Assembly (NCBI GenBank): GCA_934141245.1
Contig: CAKPCB010000002.1
Coordinates: forward strand, 43,076-107,075
Direction of reading: 5' to 3'
DNA: 64,000 bases
Source: an uncultured Bacilli bacterium
GTDB lineage: Bacteria; Bacillota_I; Bacilli_A; RF39; UBA660
A program made the position numbers and the translations under genes. How positions within the stretch are numbered: position 1 is the first letter of the stretch; each line of letters begins with the position of its first letter. Of this stretch, positions 29,452 through 40,665 are shown in pieces. The notes under the pieces were generated by a model. The model did no database searches, was not told the origin of the DNA, and saw only the letters and a list, made by a program, of their open reading frames with translations.

Positions 29452-32052
29452 TTAATCTTCTTGTTTTTTCTTACTTAATATTAATGCTATTGTACCAATT
29501 ATGCTAGTATTTGATAAATAATAAGTAGTATAAATACCTGTTTTTGGAGGAGTTATATCCCCTTTTGGTTCAGATACATAATATACTTTAATAACATTAT
29601 CTTCTGTATCATCTATTATTAATGGTGCAGTATCACTAACAAATCTGTAACCAGCTGGAAGCTTCTCTTTATAATTAGTTATAACATCACCATAAGTAAG
29701 ATTTTCAAAATATTCAGTCTTACTACTATCAATGTTACCATCATAATAGTATTCAACACGATAGGTTAAATTATCTTTCTTAGTGTAAATAACATTAATT
29801 ATATTTTCACCATCGATTATAATGTATGGCATGTCAGTAGCAATTACACCACTATTGTAACCTTTTAGAGGTTTATATAAATCTACGTTGATGTCTTCTT
29901 TATTGATAATAGACTCAAATGTTTGATTATTAACTACTTTTTCACCAATAGCTTCAGTATTTAAACTATCCTTGTAGTAAACTACTCTATAAGATAAATC
30001 CGCTTTTTTAGTATAATAGAATATTATTTCCGTATTTTCTTCTTTTAATATAAATTCTTGTGTATCTTCACCTACTACATTATATCCAGAAATATTCTTA
30101 GCTTTTTCAGAGTAAGATTCTAAATATGATTTATTATCTCTATATTCAGTATCAGCTAACTCTTTATCAGTGCCTTCTTCTAAATATTTAACACTGTATT
30201 TAAAGTCATTTCTCTTTTCATAGTAGAATATAACAACTTTATCTTCAGCATCAACTTTAATTTCTTGAGTTTTATTACTTACAAGTTTATATCCATATGG
30301 TGCATCTTTTGCTGTTTCAGTATAAACTTCTTCAAAAGTTTTATCATTTCTAACTTCAGAAGCTAATAACTCTTCATTATTTGCTTTGTCTAAATACTTA
30401 ACTGTATAAGACATATCATCTCTTTTAACATAACATACTTTTATTATGTTATCTTCTTCTTTAATTTCATATGGCATATCAGTTTCAATAGTACCATTTC
30501 TATAACCAATTGAAGGTTTATATTTATTTATATCAATATCAGCAGATTGTATTTTATCTCTGAATGTTTGATTACCTTTAGTGTTATCTGCATCATTTGA
30601 AATTTTTTCTCCATCTTTGTAATACTCAACTGTATATGATAAATCTGTTTTCTTTGTATAAACAACATTTATTATGTCATTTTCACCAGTTACAGTGTAT
30701 GGCATATCAGTAATTATTTCACCATCTTTATATCCATTAGGCTTATATGCATTAATATCTATATCAGATGTCTTAATTTGAGAATTTTTAGACGCTTGTT
30801 TATTCTTAGTTCCTAACAATGTTCCATTTATACTGTCTTTATAATAATTAACTATATATTCATAATCATTTATCCAATATACTTCTGGACTTGTAGGTAT
30901 TTTTTTCTCATCTTTTTGATTTTTTGAATTTTTATATTCTATATTTGCAAAATCATTTGTTCTGTTCCATCCATCTGGCAAATCATCATCTGCTTTAATT
31001 TTGAAGCTTACACTAGTTCCTTGTTCTGTTATTTTATCTATTTTAAACGTAATATTTTTACCTTGTTGTGTGGTTGGAACTGGTGTTGCACTACCATCTA
31101 CGTATGTAAATCCATCAGCTATAACATCTTTAATAACTGCATCTGTACCAGCTGGAACTTCAACTTCAATACTTGAAGTTATATTATCAAGACTTGTAGT
31201 TAATTGCATATAGTTTCTAGCATCAAATTGATGTTTTTTATCTGTTGCTATTTGATTAATTGTATCAACATCATCATCAGAAACGTCAAAAGCAACTGTA
31301 TAGATTTCTATACCATTTTGTTTTGCTAGATTAGCTGCATTAATTGCATCAGCTTTTGGTTTATCGTAGCTTCCATTAATTTCAGGTCTTCCATCACTTA
31401 ACAACACTATAATCATTTTTGTTGCCTTTGATTTATTTTCTAATAATTTTTGTGTTGCCATATTTAGTGCTGCTGCTGTATTTGTATCACCACTGGCATC
31501 TTGCTTAAAATCATCTGGTCTCCAAGTTGAAAATTTCTTACTTTCAAATTTTCTATTTAGTGTTGCTTCATCCGAGAATGTAACTAATCCTAATTGAGCT
31601 TTGTTATATTTTTCCAATATTTTTTCAGAGAAACTTATAGTTGCTTTTTTTGCTAGCTCATACTTTGATTTCATATAATCATCTGGACAATTATACCAAT
31701 CTTTTTCGCACATTAATTCACCAAAATCAGGACCCATTGTACCAGATCTATCCAATACAAACATGATGTATGGAATAGCTTCACTCGATTGTGTTATTTT
31801 CGTGTTTTTTCCTTTTGCAGTTAAAGTAACTTTATAAATTCCATCTTCATCTGTTTTTTCTACTGTTTTTTTAAGTTTTACATCACCCGGATTAGTGGTA
31901 GAACCAACTGTTTTTTCTCCATTTCTTACATCGCCCTTTTTGTATGTTTCTGCAAAAACTGAAGTGGTATAACCGAAGCTAGTAAATAAAACTGTTACTG
32001 CTAGTATTATTCTTATTATTGCTTCAAACTTTTGGCTTATTATTTTTTTCAT
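29452..32052 (-). CDS. Sortase-anchored surface protein: signal peptide, von Willebrand factor A domain, six ~75-aa repeats, C-terminal PPKTG sorting signal
   Basis: 866 aa; MIDAS-like FVLDRSGTMG; repeats beginning Y(T/S/R)V(E/K/V)YY; C-terminus PPKTG + hydrophobic stretch + KKKQED. Confidence 0.75.
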   Translation of the reverse strand: MKKIISQKFEAIIRIILAVTVLFTSFGYTTSVFAETYKKGDVRNGEKTVGSTTNPGDVKLKKTVEKTDEDGIYKVTLTAKGKNTKITQSSEAIPYIMFVLDRSGTMGPDFGELMCEKDWYNCPDDYMKSKYELAKKATISFSEKILEKYNKAQLGLVTFSDEATLNRKFESKKFSTWRPDDFKQDASGDTNTAAALNMATQKLLENKSKATKMIIVLLSDGRPEINGSYDKPKADAINAANLAKQNGIEIYTVAFDVSDDDVDTINQIATDKKHQFDARNYMQLTTSLDNITSSIEVEVPAGTDAVIKDVIADGFTYVDGSATPVPTTQQGKNITFKIDKITEQGTSVSFKIKADDDLPDGWNRTNDFANIEYKNSKNQKDEKKIPTSPEVYWINDYEYIVNYYKDSINGTLLGTKNKQASKNSQIKTSDIDINAYKPNGYKDGEIITDMPYTVTGENDIINVVYTKKTDLSYTVEYYKDGEKISNDADNTKGNQTFRDKIQSADIDINKYKPSIGYRNGTIETDMPYEIKEEDNIIKVCYVKRDDMSYTVKYLDKANNEELLASEVRNDKTFEEVYTETAKDAPYGYKLVSNKTQEIKVDAEDKVVIFYYEKRNDFKYSVKYLEEGTDKELADTEYRDNKSYLESYSEKAKNISGYNVVGEDTQEFILKEENTEIIFYYTKKADLSYRVVYYKDSLNTEAIGEKVVNNQTFESIINKEDINVDLYKPLKGYNSGVIATDMPYIIIDGENIINVIYTKKDNLTYRVEYYYDGNIDSSKTEYFENLTYGDVITNYKEKLPAGYRFVSDTAPLIIDDTEDNVIKVYYVSEPKGDITPPKTGIYTTYYLSNTSIIGTIALILSKKKQED

Positions 32053-32061
32053 AATTTCCTC

Positions 32062-32766
32062 CTATTTGATTTTTTTAGCATTTATAATTAGATAAGAATT
32101 AGCTGGTTTATAATAGCAAGTTTGAAGTGTAATGATTCTATCATCTAATCCAACTTTTATGCCAGTATCATAAATAGCGTTTTTCATCATCCAATCAATA
32201 TGCTCTAACCACTCTTTGTCATTAAAAGTAATCTTCATGTGATAATTGCTTCCTTCTTTTACAATCATTACAGAAAAAATTTCCCATGTTGTTTCTTCGT
32301 TATTTAAAATTAATTTTATATTTTTATTAGATAAATAAAAATCTTTATTTAAATATTTTTCTAACTCATGAAATGGTATATCTTTTAATGTCTTAGAGTT
32401 ATGCCCATAAATTAATAGTTTTCTGTCATAAAGTGTATTCCTATAGTCCATAAAGATACTTCCTTTATAGTCACTTTTTCCATCCGCTGAGTGATCTAGG
32501 TAATACTCATTATTAGTAGATTGTACTAAATCATTATCTATATTTGTCCCAGGTATTTTGATTTTTCCAATAATATCTTTGTTTTTTGTACTTTGCTTTA
32601 CTTCATTAGTATCGTTGGTATTATTAATAATTCTTTTAATTGTATCATAGTTTTTGTTTTCTTTAATTATGCTAGTATGTTCATCAGATATATGTAAATC
32701 AATTATCATCATAACTGCTACAAATATAGATACAAATATACTTAAATTTTTTTTAACTTTATTCAT
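32062..32766 (-). CDS. srtB: Class B sortase
   Basis: 234 aa; N-terminal membrane anchor, LLIYGHN His motif, TLQTC active-site Cys motif; adjacent to an (S/P)PxTG substrate. Confidence 0.75.
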   Translation of the reverse strand: MNKVKKNLSIFVSIFVAVMMIIDLHISDEHTSIIKENKNYDTIKRIINNTNDTNEVKQSTKNKDIIGKIKIPGTNIDNDLVQSTNNEYYLDHSADGKSDYKGSIFMDYRNTLYDRKLLIYGHNSKTLKDIPFHELEKYLNKDFYLSNKNIKLILNNEETTWEIFSVMIVKEGSNYHMKITFNDKEWLEHIDWMMKNAIYDTGIKVGLDDRIITLQTCYYKPANSYLIINAKKIK

Positions 32767-32981
32767 AATATCAACCCCTTAAATAACTATGAATATTTTT
32801 TATGCATGCGTTATTATAATATGATAAAGTAAACTGTTTGCCAATTAAATTCAAAAATTATTATTGCCATTATACTGCAATATTAATTTTTCATATATAC
32901 ATTTTTTAAATTTGTATATTATATGGGCATTATATTATACTATTTTTATTTATTTTTTATTCAAAAAAAGTAATAATAGTT

Positions 32982-34109
32982 TTATCTATCATTACTTTTA
33001 ACAAATTTATCAAATTCTATAGATTCTGGGCTATCTAGCATTGTTTCATTAAGCTGTTCTAGTAATTTTTTCTGTTCTTTACTTAGCTTTTTTGGATTTT
33101 TGACTTCTAGTATTACGTACATATCACCGGTTCTTCTTGTTGACTCATTTTTAATTCCTTTTGCTTTTAATCTATGTTTATCACCAGTATTACTTGCTGC
33201 TGGAATTGTTAATGTTACATTTCCATATAGTGTTGGTATTTCCTTTTTACATCCAAGAATTGCTTCAGTAATAGAAAGAGGAACAGATAAATATATATCA
33301 TCATTATCTCTTTGATAAAATTTATGATCATCTACTATAAATTCTAGATATAAATCTCCTGTTGGACCTCCATTGGCACCAGCTTCACCTTTTCCACTTA
33401 AACGTAATCTGTTTCCATTATCTACTCCAGCAGGTATAGAAACTGTGATAGTCTTTTTTTCTTTTGTATATCCTCTGCCAGAACATTTTGAGCAAGTTTC
33501 TTTATAACTTTTACCTAGTCCACCACATTCAGGGCATGTTGTTTTAGTCATAAAAGAGCCAAAGATTGTCCTCTGCTCTGAAGTAATAGTTCCACTACCA
33601 TGACATTTACTACATACATCTTCATTAAAGCCACCTTTTCCATCACAGTTACTACATGTATCATATACTTCTAGATTCAAATCCTTTTTGCATCCGTAAA
33701 CTGCTTCCTCAAAGGAAAGTCTAACTCTTAATAATCTATCATTACCACGTGTAGCTCTAGAAGAAGAACCACGTCTTGATGAACCAAATCCAAAACTGCT
33801 TCCAAAAATATTATCAAATATATCACCAAAATCAAAGTCAGAAAAGTCAAAACCTCCAAAGCCACCAGCACCTTGACCACCATTTTGATCAAATGCTGCA
33901 TGCCCAAATTGATCATATTGTTTTCTTCTTTGTTCATCTGATAAAACTGCATATGCCTCTTGTGCCTCTTTAAACTTAGCCTCAGCATCTGGTTCCTTTG
34001 AAACATCAGGATGATACTTCTTTGCTAATTTTCTAAATGCACTTTTTATTTCTGCTTCAGTTGCATCTTTTGATACACCTAAAACTTCATAATAATCTCT
34101 TTTTTCCAT
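32982..34109 (-). CDS. dnaJ: Molecular chaperone DnaJ
   Basis: Start moved to [12 protein letters not shown] (RBS AAGGTGAG 7 nt upstream); J domain HPD motif, G/F region, four CxxCxGxG zinc-finger repeats. Confidence 0.95.
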   Translation of the reverse strand: MEKRDYYEVLGVSKDATEAEIKSAFRKLAKKYHPDVSKEPDAEAKFKEAQEAYAVLSDEQRRKQYDQFGHAAFDQNGGQGAGGFGGFDFSDFDFGDIFDNIFGSSFGFGSSRRGSSSRATRGNDRLLRVRLSFEEAVYGCKKDLNLEVYDTCSNCDGKGGFNEDVCSKCHGSGTITSEQRTIFGSFMTKTTCPECGGLGKSYKETCSKCSGRGYTKEKKTITVSIPAGVDNGNRLRLSGKGEAGANGGPTGDLYLEFIVDDHKFYQRDNDDIYLSVPLSITEAILGCKKEIPTLYGNVTLTIPAASNTGDKHRLKAKGIKNESTRRTGDMYVILEVKNPKKLSKEQKKLLEQLNETMLDSPESIEFDKFVKSNDR

Positions 34110-34124
34110 AATACATCTCACCTT

Positions 34125-35939
34125 TTATTTTTTATAAGTTAAATAATATAGTTCCTTAAACTGAAGTAATAAATCTTTAAAGGTTTCTATTGAATCTTCA
34201 ATTACCTTTTTATCGTTCATATCAACACCTGCTATTTTTAATTCGTTAACAGGGTAATCTCTGCCTCCAGTTTTTAAGAATTCAATATAGTCTTTTACTG
34301 CATCTTTTTCATTGTTTAATATTTTATTTACAATTGCAGTAGCTGCTGATAATCCTGTAGCATACTTATAAACATAAAAATTGTAATAGAAATGTGGAAC
34401 TTTTTCCCATTCGTATTTAATTAATTCATCAACTACAGTGTCATTACCAAAATATTTTTGATTTAACTTATAATACTCATTATTTATAATATCAGGAGTT
34501 AATATTTCACCATTTGCTTCTAAAGCATATATTTTTTTCTCAAATGATGCAAACATCGTCTGTCTATATATAGTTGTTCTATATAATTCAATAAGTCTAT
34601 TTAATATATTTAATTTTTCAAAATTATCATTACTGTTATTAAGTAAATATTTAGATAATAAAAGCTCATTTACAGTTGATGCAACTTCAGCTACAAATAT
34701 TTTATACTGAGAATATTGATATGGGTTATTATGTCTAGAATAATAACTATGTACAGAATGTCCTAATTCATGTGCTAAAGTTGATACGTCGTTTAACTCA
34801 CCTTGAAAATTTAATAAAATAAATGGATTTGTTGTATAACTACCACTTGAATAAGCTCCACTTGCCTTGGCAATATTAGGATATTTATCTATCCATCTTT
34901 TTGAGAAGGCTTCATTTATTATTGAAAGATAATCATCTCCTAAAACCTTTAGTGAGGAAACGACAAGTTTTTCTGCCTCATCAAATGTATATTTTTTACT
35001 ATCATAATCATCTAAAAGAGATGCATATACATCATACATGTGTATCTTATCCAAATTTAATATTTCTCTTTTTAATTCTAAATAATCATGTAATGGTTTT
35101 AAATTTGATTCTACTGTAGAAACCAAATTATTATAAATGCTTATATCAACATTATCGGCAAATAATGAGGCTTCCAAAGCAGAATTATATTTCCTTAATT
35201 TTGCTAGTGTATTATTAACTTTGATATCATTAGACAACATTAATGATATTGTGTTTTCATATTTTTTATATCCATTATACAAAGTGTCAAAAGCTGCTTT
35301 TCTTACATTCCTATCTTTACTCTTAATATATAATGAAAAATTAGAATCAGTAATTTCAACTAAATCACCATGTTCATCTTTGATTGAACCAAATTTTAAA
35401 TCTGCATTAGAAAATGTATCATAAATGTTTTCTGGAAAAGATAAAGTTTGCTCAAAGCTTGACAATATTTTTTCTTCAGATTTAGTTAATGTATGTATTT
35501 TTTTTCTAAAAATATTTACAAATACAAATTCATATTCTTTAAGCTCTGGTTTTTCAAGATAAAAATTTTCAATTACTGAATAATCATACTCCAACAATGT
35601 TGGAATTATAAATGATGATACTTCACTATATGTATTTATAATGTTATTTATTTTACCAAACATTTTTTGGTATGCTGGATTATTAGTTTCACTATCTTTG
35701 TTTAAATGCGCATACATATACAAATGATTAATTAATATATCGATTTCTTCATCTTTTTTAATTACTTGATATAAATTATCAGCACTTTCCATCATATCAT
35801 TTTTAAACTTGTCAAAGCCATCAATTAACTTAATACATTTATCACAGTCACTATAAAATGCATCATCATTGTTGTATATAGTAGTTAAATCCCATTTATC
35901 AAAATTGTTTATCTCACTTCTAGACTTTATTTTATTCAT
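34125..35939 (-). CDS. pepF: Oligoendopeptidase F (M3B family zinc metallopeptidase)
   Basis: 604 aa; HELGHSVH zincin motif; size/architecture of PepF. Confidence 0.85.
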   Translation of the reverse strand: MNKIKSRSEINNFDKWDLTTIYNNDDAFYSDCDKCIKLIDGFDKFKNDMMESADNLYQVIKKDEEIDILINHLYMYAHLNKDSETNNPAYQKMFGKINNIINTYSEVSSFIIPTLLEYDYSVIENFYLEKPELKEYEFVFVNIFRKKIHTLTKSEEKILSSFEQTLSFPENIYDTFSNADLKFGSIKDEHGDLVEITDSNFSLYIKSKDRNVRKAAFDTLYNGYKKYENTISLMLSNDIKVNNTLAKLRKYNSALEASLFADNVDISIYNNLVSTVESNLKPLHDYLELKREILNLDKIHMYDVYASLLDDYDSKKYTFDEAEKLVVSSLKVLGDDYLSIINEAFSKRWIDKYPNIAKASGAYSSGSYTTNPFILLNFQGELNDVSTLAHELGHSVHSYYSRHNNPYQYSQYKIFVAEVASTVNELLLSKYLLNNSNDNFEKLNILNRLIELYRTTIYRQTMFASFEKKIYALEANGEILTPDIINNEYYKLNQKYFGNDTVVDELIKYEWEKVPHFYYNFYVYKYATGLSAATAIVNKILNNEKDAVKDYIEFLKTGGRDYPVNELKIAGVDMNDKKVIEDSIETFKDLLLQFKELYYLTYKK

Positions 35940-35954
35940 ATTATCTCCTATTTT

Positions 35955-35989
35955 TGAAGAAAGTCCTAGTCATCCTAGAACTTTCTTCA
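35955..35989 (-). promoter_or_regulatory. Intercistronic stem-loop between the dnaK stop and the pepF RBS (attenuator / mRNA processing or stabilising element)
   Basis: tgaagaaagt...actttcttca 10-bp inverted repeat; no T-run on the coding (minus) strand, so not a full terminator. Confidence 0.4.
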
Positions 35990-36002
35990 TTATATTTATT
36001 TA

Positions 36003-37847
<1,845 letters not shown>

Positions 37848-37852
37848 TTATA

Positions 37853-38578
37853 TTAATCTAACTTATTTACTTTTACTTTTGCAGGTCTTATAACTCTGCC
37901 TTTTAATGTATATCCTTTGTTAAAGACTTCCAAGATAACATCATTTCCTTTTTCACTATCCTGAGAAATCATAACAGCTTCATGAATATTAGGATCAAAC
38001 TCTAATCCTAATGATGGTATTTCTTCAACACCAAATTTCTTAAGAACATCTATCAAATGACTATATATTAATTCATAACCTTCATTATATTTGTCGAATT
38101 CTAATGACTGTCCTTTCATATTTAATGCTCTCTCAAAGTTATCAAGAACAGGAAGAATTTCTAATATTAAATCCATATTTGCAAATTTAAGCATATTAGA
38201 TGTTTCTTCATCTTTTCTTTTTCTATAGTTAATTAGTTCAGCTTTTGAAAGCATTACTTTTTCTTCTAATTGTTTAATGCTATTCTTTAATTCTGATATC
38301 TCTTGTTCATGACATTTGCAATTATCCTCAGATTTACAACCACATTCTTTATTACAGTTACAATCATCTATGCAGCCACACTCACAATTATCACCACAAT
38401 TGCAGTTTTCATCACACTTACAATTACATTTATCTGTGCATTCACATTCTTCATGGCATTCGCAATTATCTTCGGATTTACAACTACATTCTTTATTACA
38501 GTTACAATCATCATTGCAATTGCACTCACAATTAGTTTTTTTAACTTCTTTAATTTCCTCTTTTTTGTTTTTCTTCAT
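37853..38578 (-). CDS. grpE: Nucleotide exchange factor GrpE with an atypical N-terminal Cys-rich (CxC-repeat, metallothionein-like) domain
   Basis: 241 aa; residues ~100-241 are canonical GrpE (coiled coil + ...PVLDNFERAL...FDPNIHEAV...); residues 17-93 contain 25 Cys in CxCxC/CxxxC repeats. Confidence 0.85.
   Translation of the reverse strand: MKKNKKEEIKEVKKTNCECNCNDDCNCNKECSCKSEDNCECHEECECTDKCNCKCDENCNCGDNCECGCIDDCNCNKECGCKSEDNCKCHEQEISELKNSIKQLEEKVMLSKAELINYRKRKDEETSNMLKFANMDLILEILPVLDNFERALNMKGQSLEFDKYNEGYELIYSHLIDVLKKFGVEEIPSLGLEFDPNIHEAVMISQDSEKGNDVILEVFNKGYTLKGRVIRPAKVKVNKLD
38299..38530 (-). repeat. Cys-rich coding low-complexity region of grpE with an internal ~72-bp direct repeat (38317-38389 vs 38461-38532, period 144 bp)
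   Basis: Manual alignment of the two units, ~85% identical; encode CECNCNDDCNCNKECSCKSEDNCECHEE / CECGCIDDCNCNKECGCKSEDNCKCHEQ. Confidence 0.85.
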
Positions 38579-38585
38579 ATAATCC

Positions 38586-39569
38586 CTAACTTTCTATATT
38601 TTCTTTTATAAATTCCAGTAATCTAACAACACGATCATATTCCATTCTCTTAGGTCCAACAATTGCAATAGTACCTTCCTCTAAAGGAGTTTTATATTTG
38701 GTCTTAATAACTGTCATATCATCATCTATGTTATTTTCTTTACCTATATAGACCTTAATATCACTATCATTAGTTTCAACCGCATCAATCAAATTATCAT
38801 CATCAAATTTATCAAACAATTCACTTATCTTATTAACATCATTAAATTCTGGTTGCTTTAACATGTTTTTTCTTCCAACAATATCTACATTTTTATTTGT
38901 AAAGCTTGTAAACACATTATAAAATGCATTATAAAGTCTTTCATGTTCTTTAACATACTTACCAATAATTGGTTTAATTTCATATTCAAGTTTTGATGAA
39001 ACCTCATCGATTGGTGTACCAACAATCATATTGTTAATCAAGTCAACTGTTTTTTTAATTTCTTCAGGATTTATATTAGAAACATTTATATTTTTATGTT
39101 CAACGAATCCTTTATCAGTTATCACTATAACTAGCATTTTTTCACTATTTAATGGAACAACTTGTATTTCTTTTAAATTATTTTCGCAAGATGTTTTTCC
39201 AAGTTTTATTGATGTACAATTTGTCATTTCAGATATTATTTCCAAACTTTTCTTAATGCAATCATCTAACTCTAGTTGATTGTTTTTAAAAATAATTTGA
39301 AGCTTAAGCATATCCTCTGCATTCATCTCTTTTAATTCCATTAAATTATCAACATAATATCTATAGCCTTTTTCTGATGGAACTCTACCTGAAGAAGTAT
39401 GAGTTTTTTCCAGAAGTCCTGCTTCCTCTAATAATGCCATTTCACTTCTTACTGTCGCACTAGAACAATTAAGCTCATCACATATTAGATTTGAACTAAC
39501 TGGTTTAGCTAACTTTATATATTCCAAAACAATTATTTTTAATATTTCATCTTGTCTTTTAGTTAGCAC
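38586..39569 (-). CDS. hrcA: Heat-inducible transcription repressor HrcA
   Basis: Start moved to GTG (MLTKRQDEILKIIV..., RBS GGAGGTG 5 nt upstream; the track start is an upstream GTG); HrcA winged-helix N-terminus; followed by grpE-dnaK. Confidence 0.9.
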   Translation of the reverse strand: MLTKRQDEILKIIVLEYIKLAKPVSSNLICDELNCSSATVRSEMALLEEAGLLEKTHTSSGRVPSEKGYRYYVDNLMELKEMNAEDMLKLQIIFKNNQLELDDCIKKSLEIISEMTNCTSIKLGKTSCENNLKEIQVVPLNSEKMLVIVITDKGFVEHKNINVSNINPEEIKKTVDLINNMIVGTPIDEVSSKLEYEIKPIIGKYVKEHERLYNAFYNVFTSFTNKNVDIVGRKNMLKQPEFNDVNKISELFDKFDDDNLIDAVETNDSDIKVYIGKENNIDDDMTVIKTKYKTPLEEGTIAIVGPKRMEYDRVVRLLEFIKENIES

Positions 39570-39580
39570 TTTCTCACCTC

Positions 39581-39607
39581 CTAGCACTCTTTCTTTTCAA
39601 ATGCTAA
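39581..39607 (-). promoter_or_regulatory. CIRCE operator 2 (TTAGCATTT-N9-GAGTGCTAG) between -10 and the hrcA RBS
   Basis: 27-nt inverted repeat, 3 mismatches to TTAGCACTC-N9-GAGTGCTAA. Confidence 0.7.
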
Positions 39608-39611
39608 TACC

Positions 39612-39640
39612 ATTATAATATTATGCTTAGCACTTGTCAA
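39612..39640 (-). promoter_or_regulatory. Sigma-A promoter of the hrcA operon, TTGACA-17-TATAAT (minus strand)
   Basis: -35 TTGACA (revcomp of 39635-39640), 17-nt spacer, -10 TATAAT (revcomp of 39612-39617). Confidence 0.7.
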
Positions 39641-39654
39641 TATATGAGTGCTAA
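39627..39654 (-). promoter_or_regulatory. CIRCE operator 1 (TTAGCACTT-N10-GAGTGCTAA) overlapping the -35 box
   Basis: Perfect 8-9-nt half-sites with a 10-nt spacer. Confidence 0.7.
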
Positions 39655-39756
39655 TTTTTTAAAATTTTTATTTAACTTGTAAATTTACATATACAAATAC
39701 TTGATAATTAGGAATTTATTAATATATTTGCTATAATATTTCTTAGAGGTGAAATA

Positions 39757-40665
39757 ATGAATAAAGTAATATTAAAATGTGAAAAATTAAATAAACATTT
39801 TGGTAAGAGAAAAATACTTAATGATGTATCATTTGAGCTTTACGAAGGTGATATACTTGGATTTATTGGTCCAAATGGCAGTGGAAAAACAACAACAATT
39901 AAACTAATTTTAGGACTTAATAGTATTGACAGTGGTAAAGTTGAAATAGATGGTTTTGATATAGAAAAACAATTTAATAGTGCTATTGAAAAAGTTGGTA
40001 CAATTGTTGAAAATCCTGATATGTATATGTATTTAAGTGGTTATGAAAATCTAAAATTAATAGCTAACCTTTATAAAGATGTTACAAAAGAAAAAATTGA
40101 TGAAGTTGTTAGGCTTGTTAAGTTAGAGGAAAGAATTAAAGATAAGGTTTCAAAGTATTCATTAGGAATGAGACAAAGACTTGGAATTGCGCAAGCATTA
40201 CTTAACTCACCCAAGTTATTAATATTAGATGAACCTACAAATGGCTTAGATCCAGAGGGCATTAAGGATCTAAGAAATTTACTTAAAGATTTAGCTAAAA
40301 ATCATAATATGGCAATACTAATATCTAGTCATAACCTATCTGAACTAGAAAGCTTTTGTAATAAAGTTTGCATAATTCAAAATGGTAGTGTTATAGAAAC
40401 AGCAGATGTAAAAAAACTAAAAAAGGAAGTTGTTCAATCAAGTTACGTATTTGAAGTTGATTCAACTAGTGAAATAAATAAAGTTATTAATGATGCTTAT
40501 ATATTAGATAATCACAAATTTAAAGTAAGTGTTTCAAGAGAACAGGTACCAAATATTGTTACTAATTTAGTAAATAAAAATATATCAATTTATGAAATAA
40601 AAGAAAATATAATTTCTCTTGAAGAAGCTTTCTTAAACAAGACAGGAGGTAATAAAATTGATTAA
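39757..40665 (+). CDS. ABC transporter ATP-binding protein
   Basis: 302 aa; Walker A GPNGSGKTT, signature LSLGMRQR, Walker B LLILDEP. Confidence 0.85.
   Translation: MNKVILKCEKLNKHFGKRKILNDVSFELYEGDILGFIGPNGSGKTTTIKLILGLNSIDSGKVEIDGFDIEKQFNSAIEKVGTIVENPDMYMYLSGYENLKLIANLYKDVTKEKIDEVVRLVKLEERIKDKVSKYSLGMRQRLGIAQALLNSPKLLILDEPTNGLDPEGIKDLRNLLKDLAKNHNMAILISSHNLSELESFCNKVCIIQNGSVIETADVKKLKKEVVQSSYVFEVDSTSEINKVINDAYILDNHKFKVSVSREQVPNIVTNLVNKNISIYEIKENIISLEEAFLNKTGGNKID

Noticed and set aside
38303-38611. + strand ORFs 38303..38611 and 38316..38582 opposite the grpE Cys-rich region
   Set aside because: They are mirror-frame artefacts of the repetitive tgc/aca-rich coding sequence and overlap grpE entirely.
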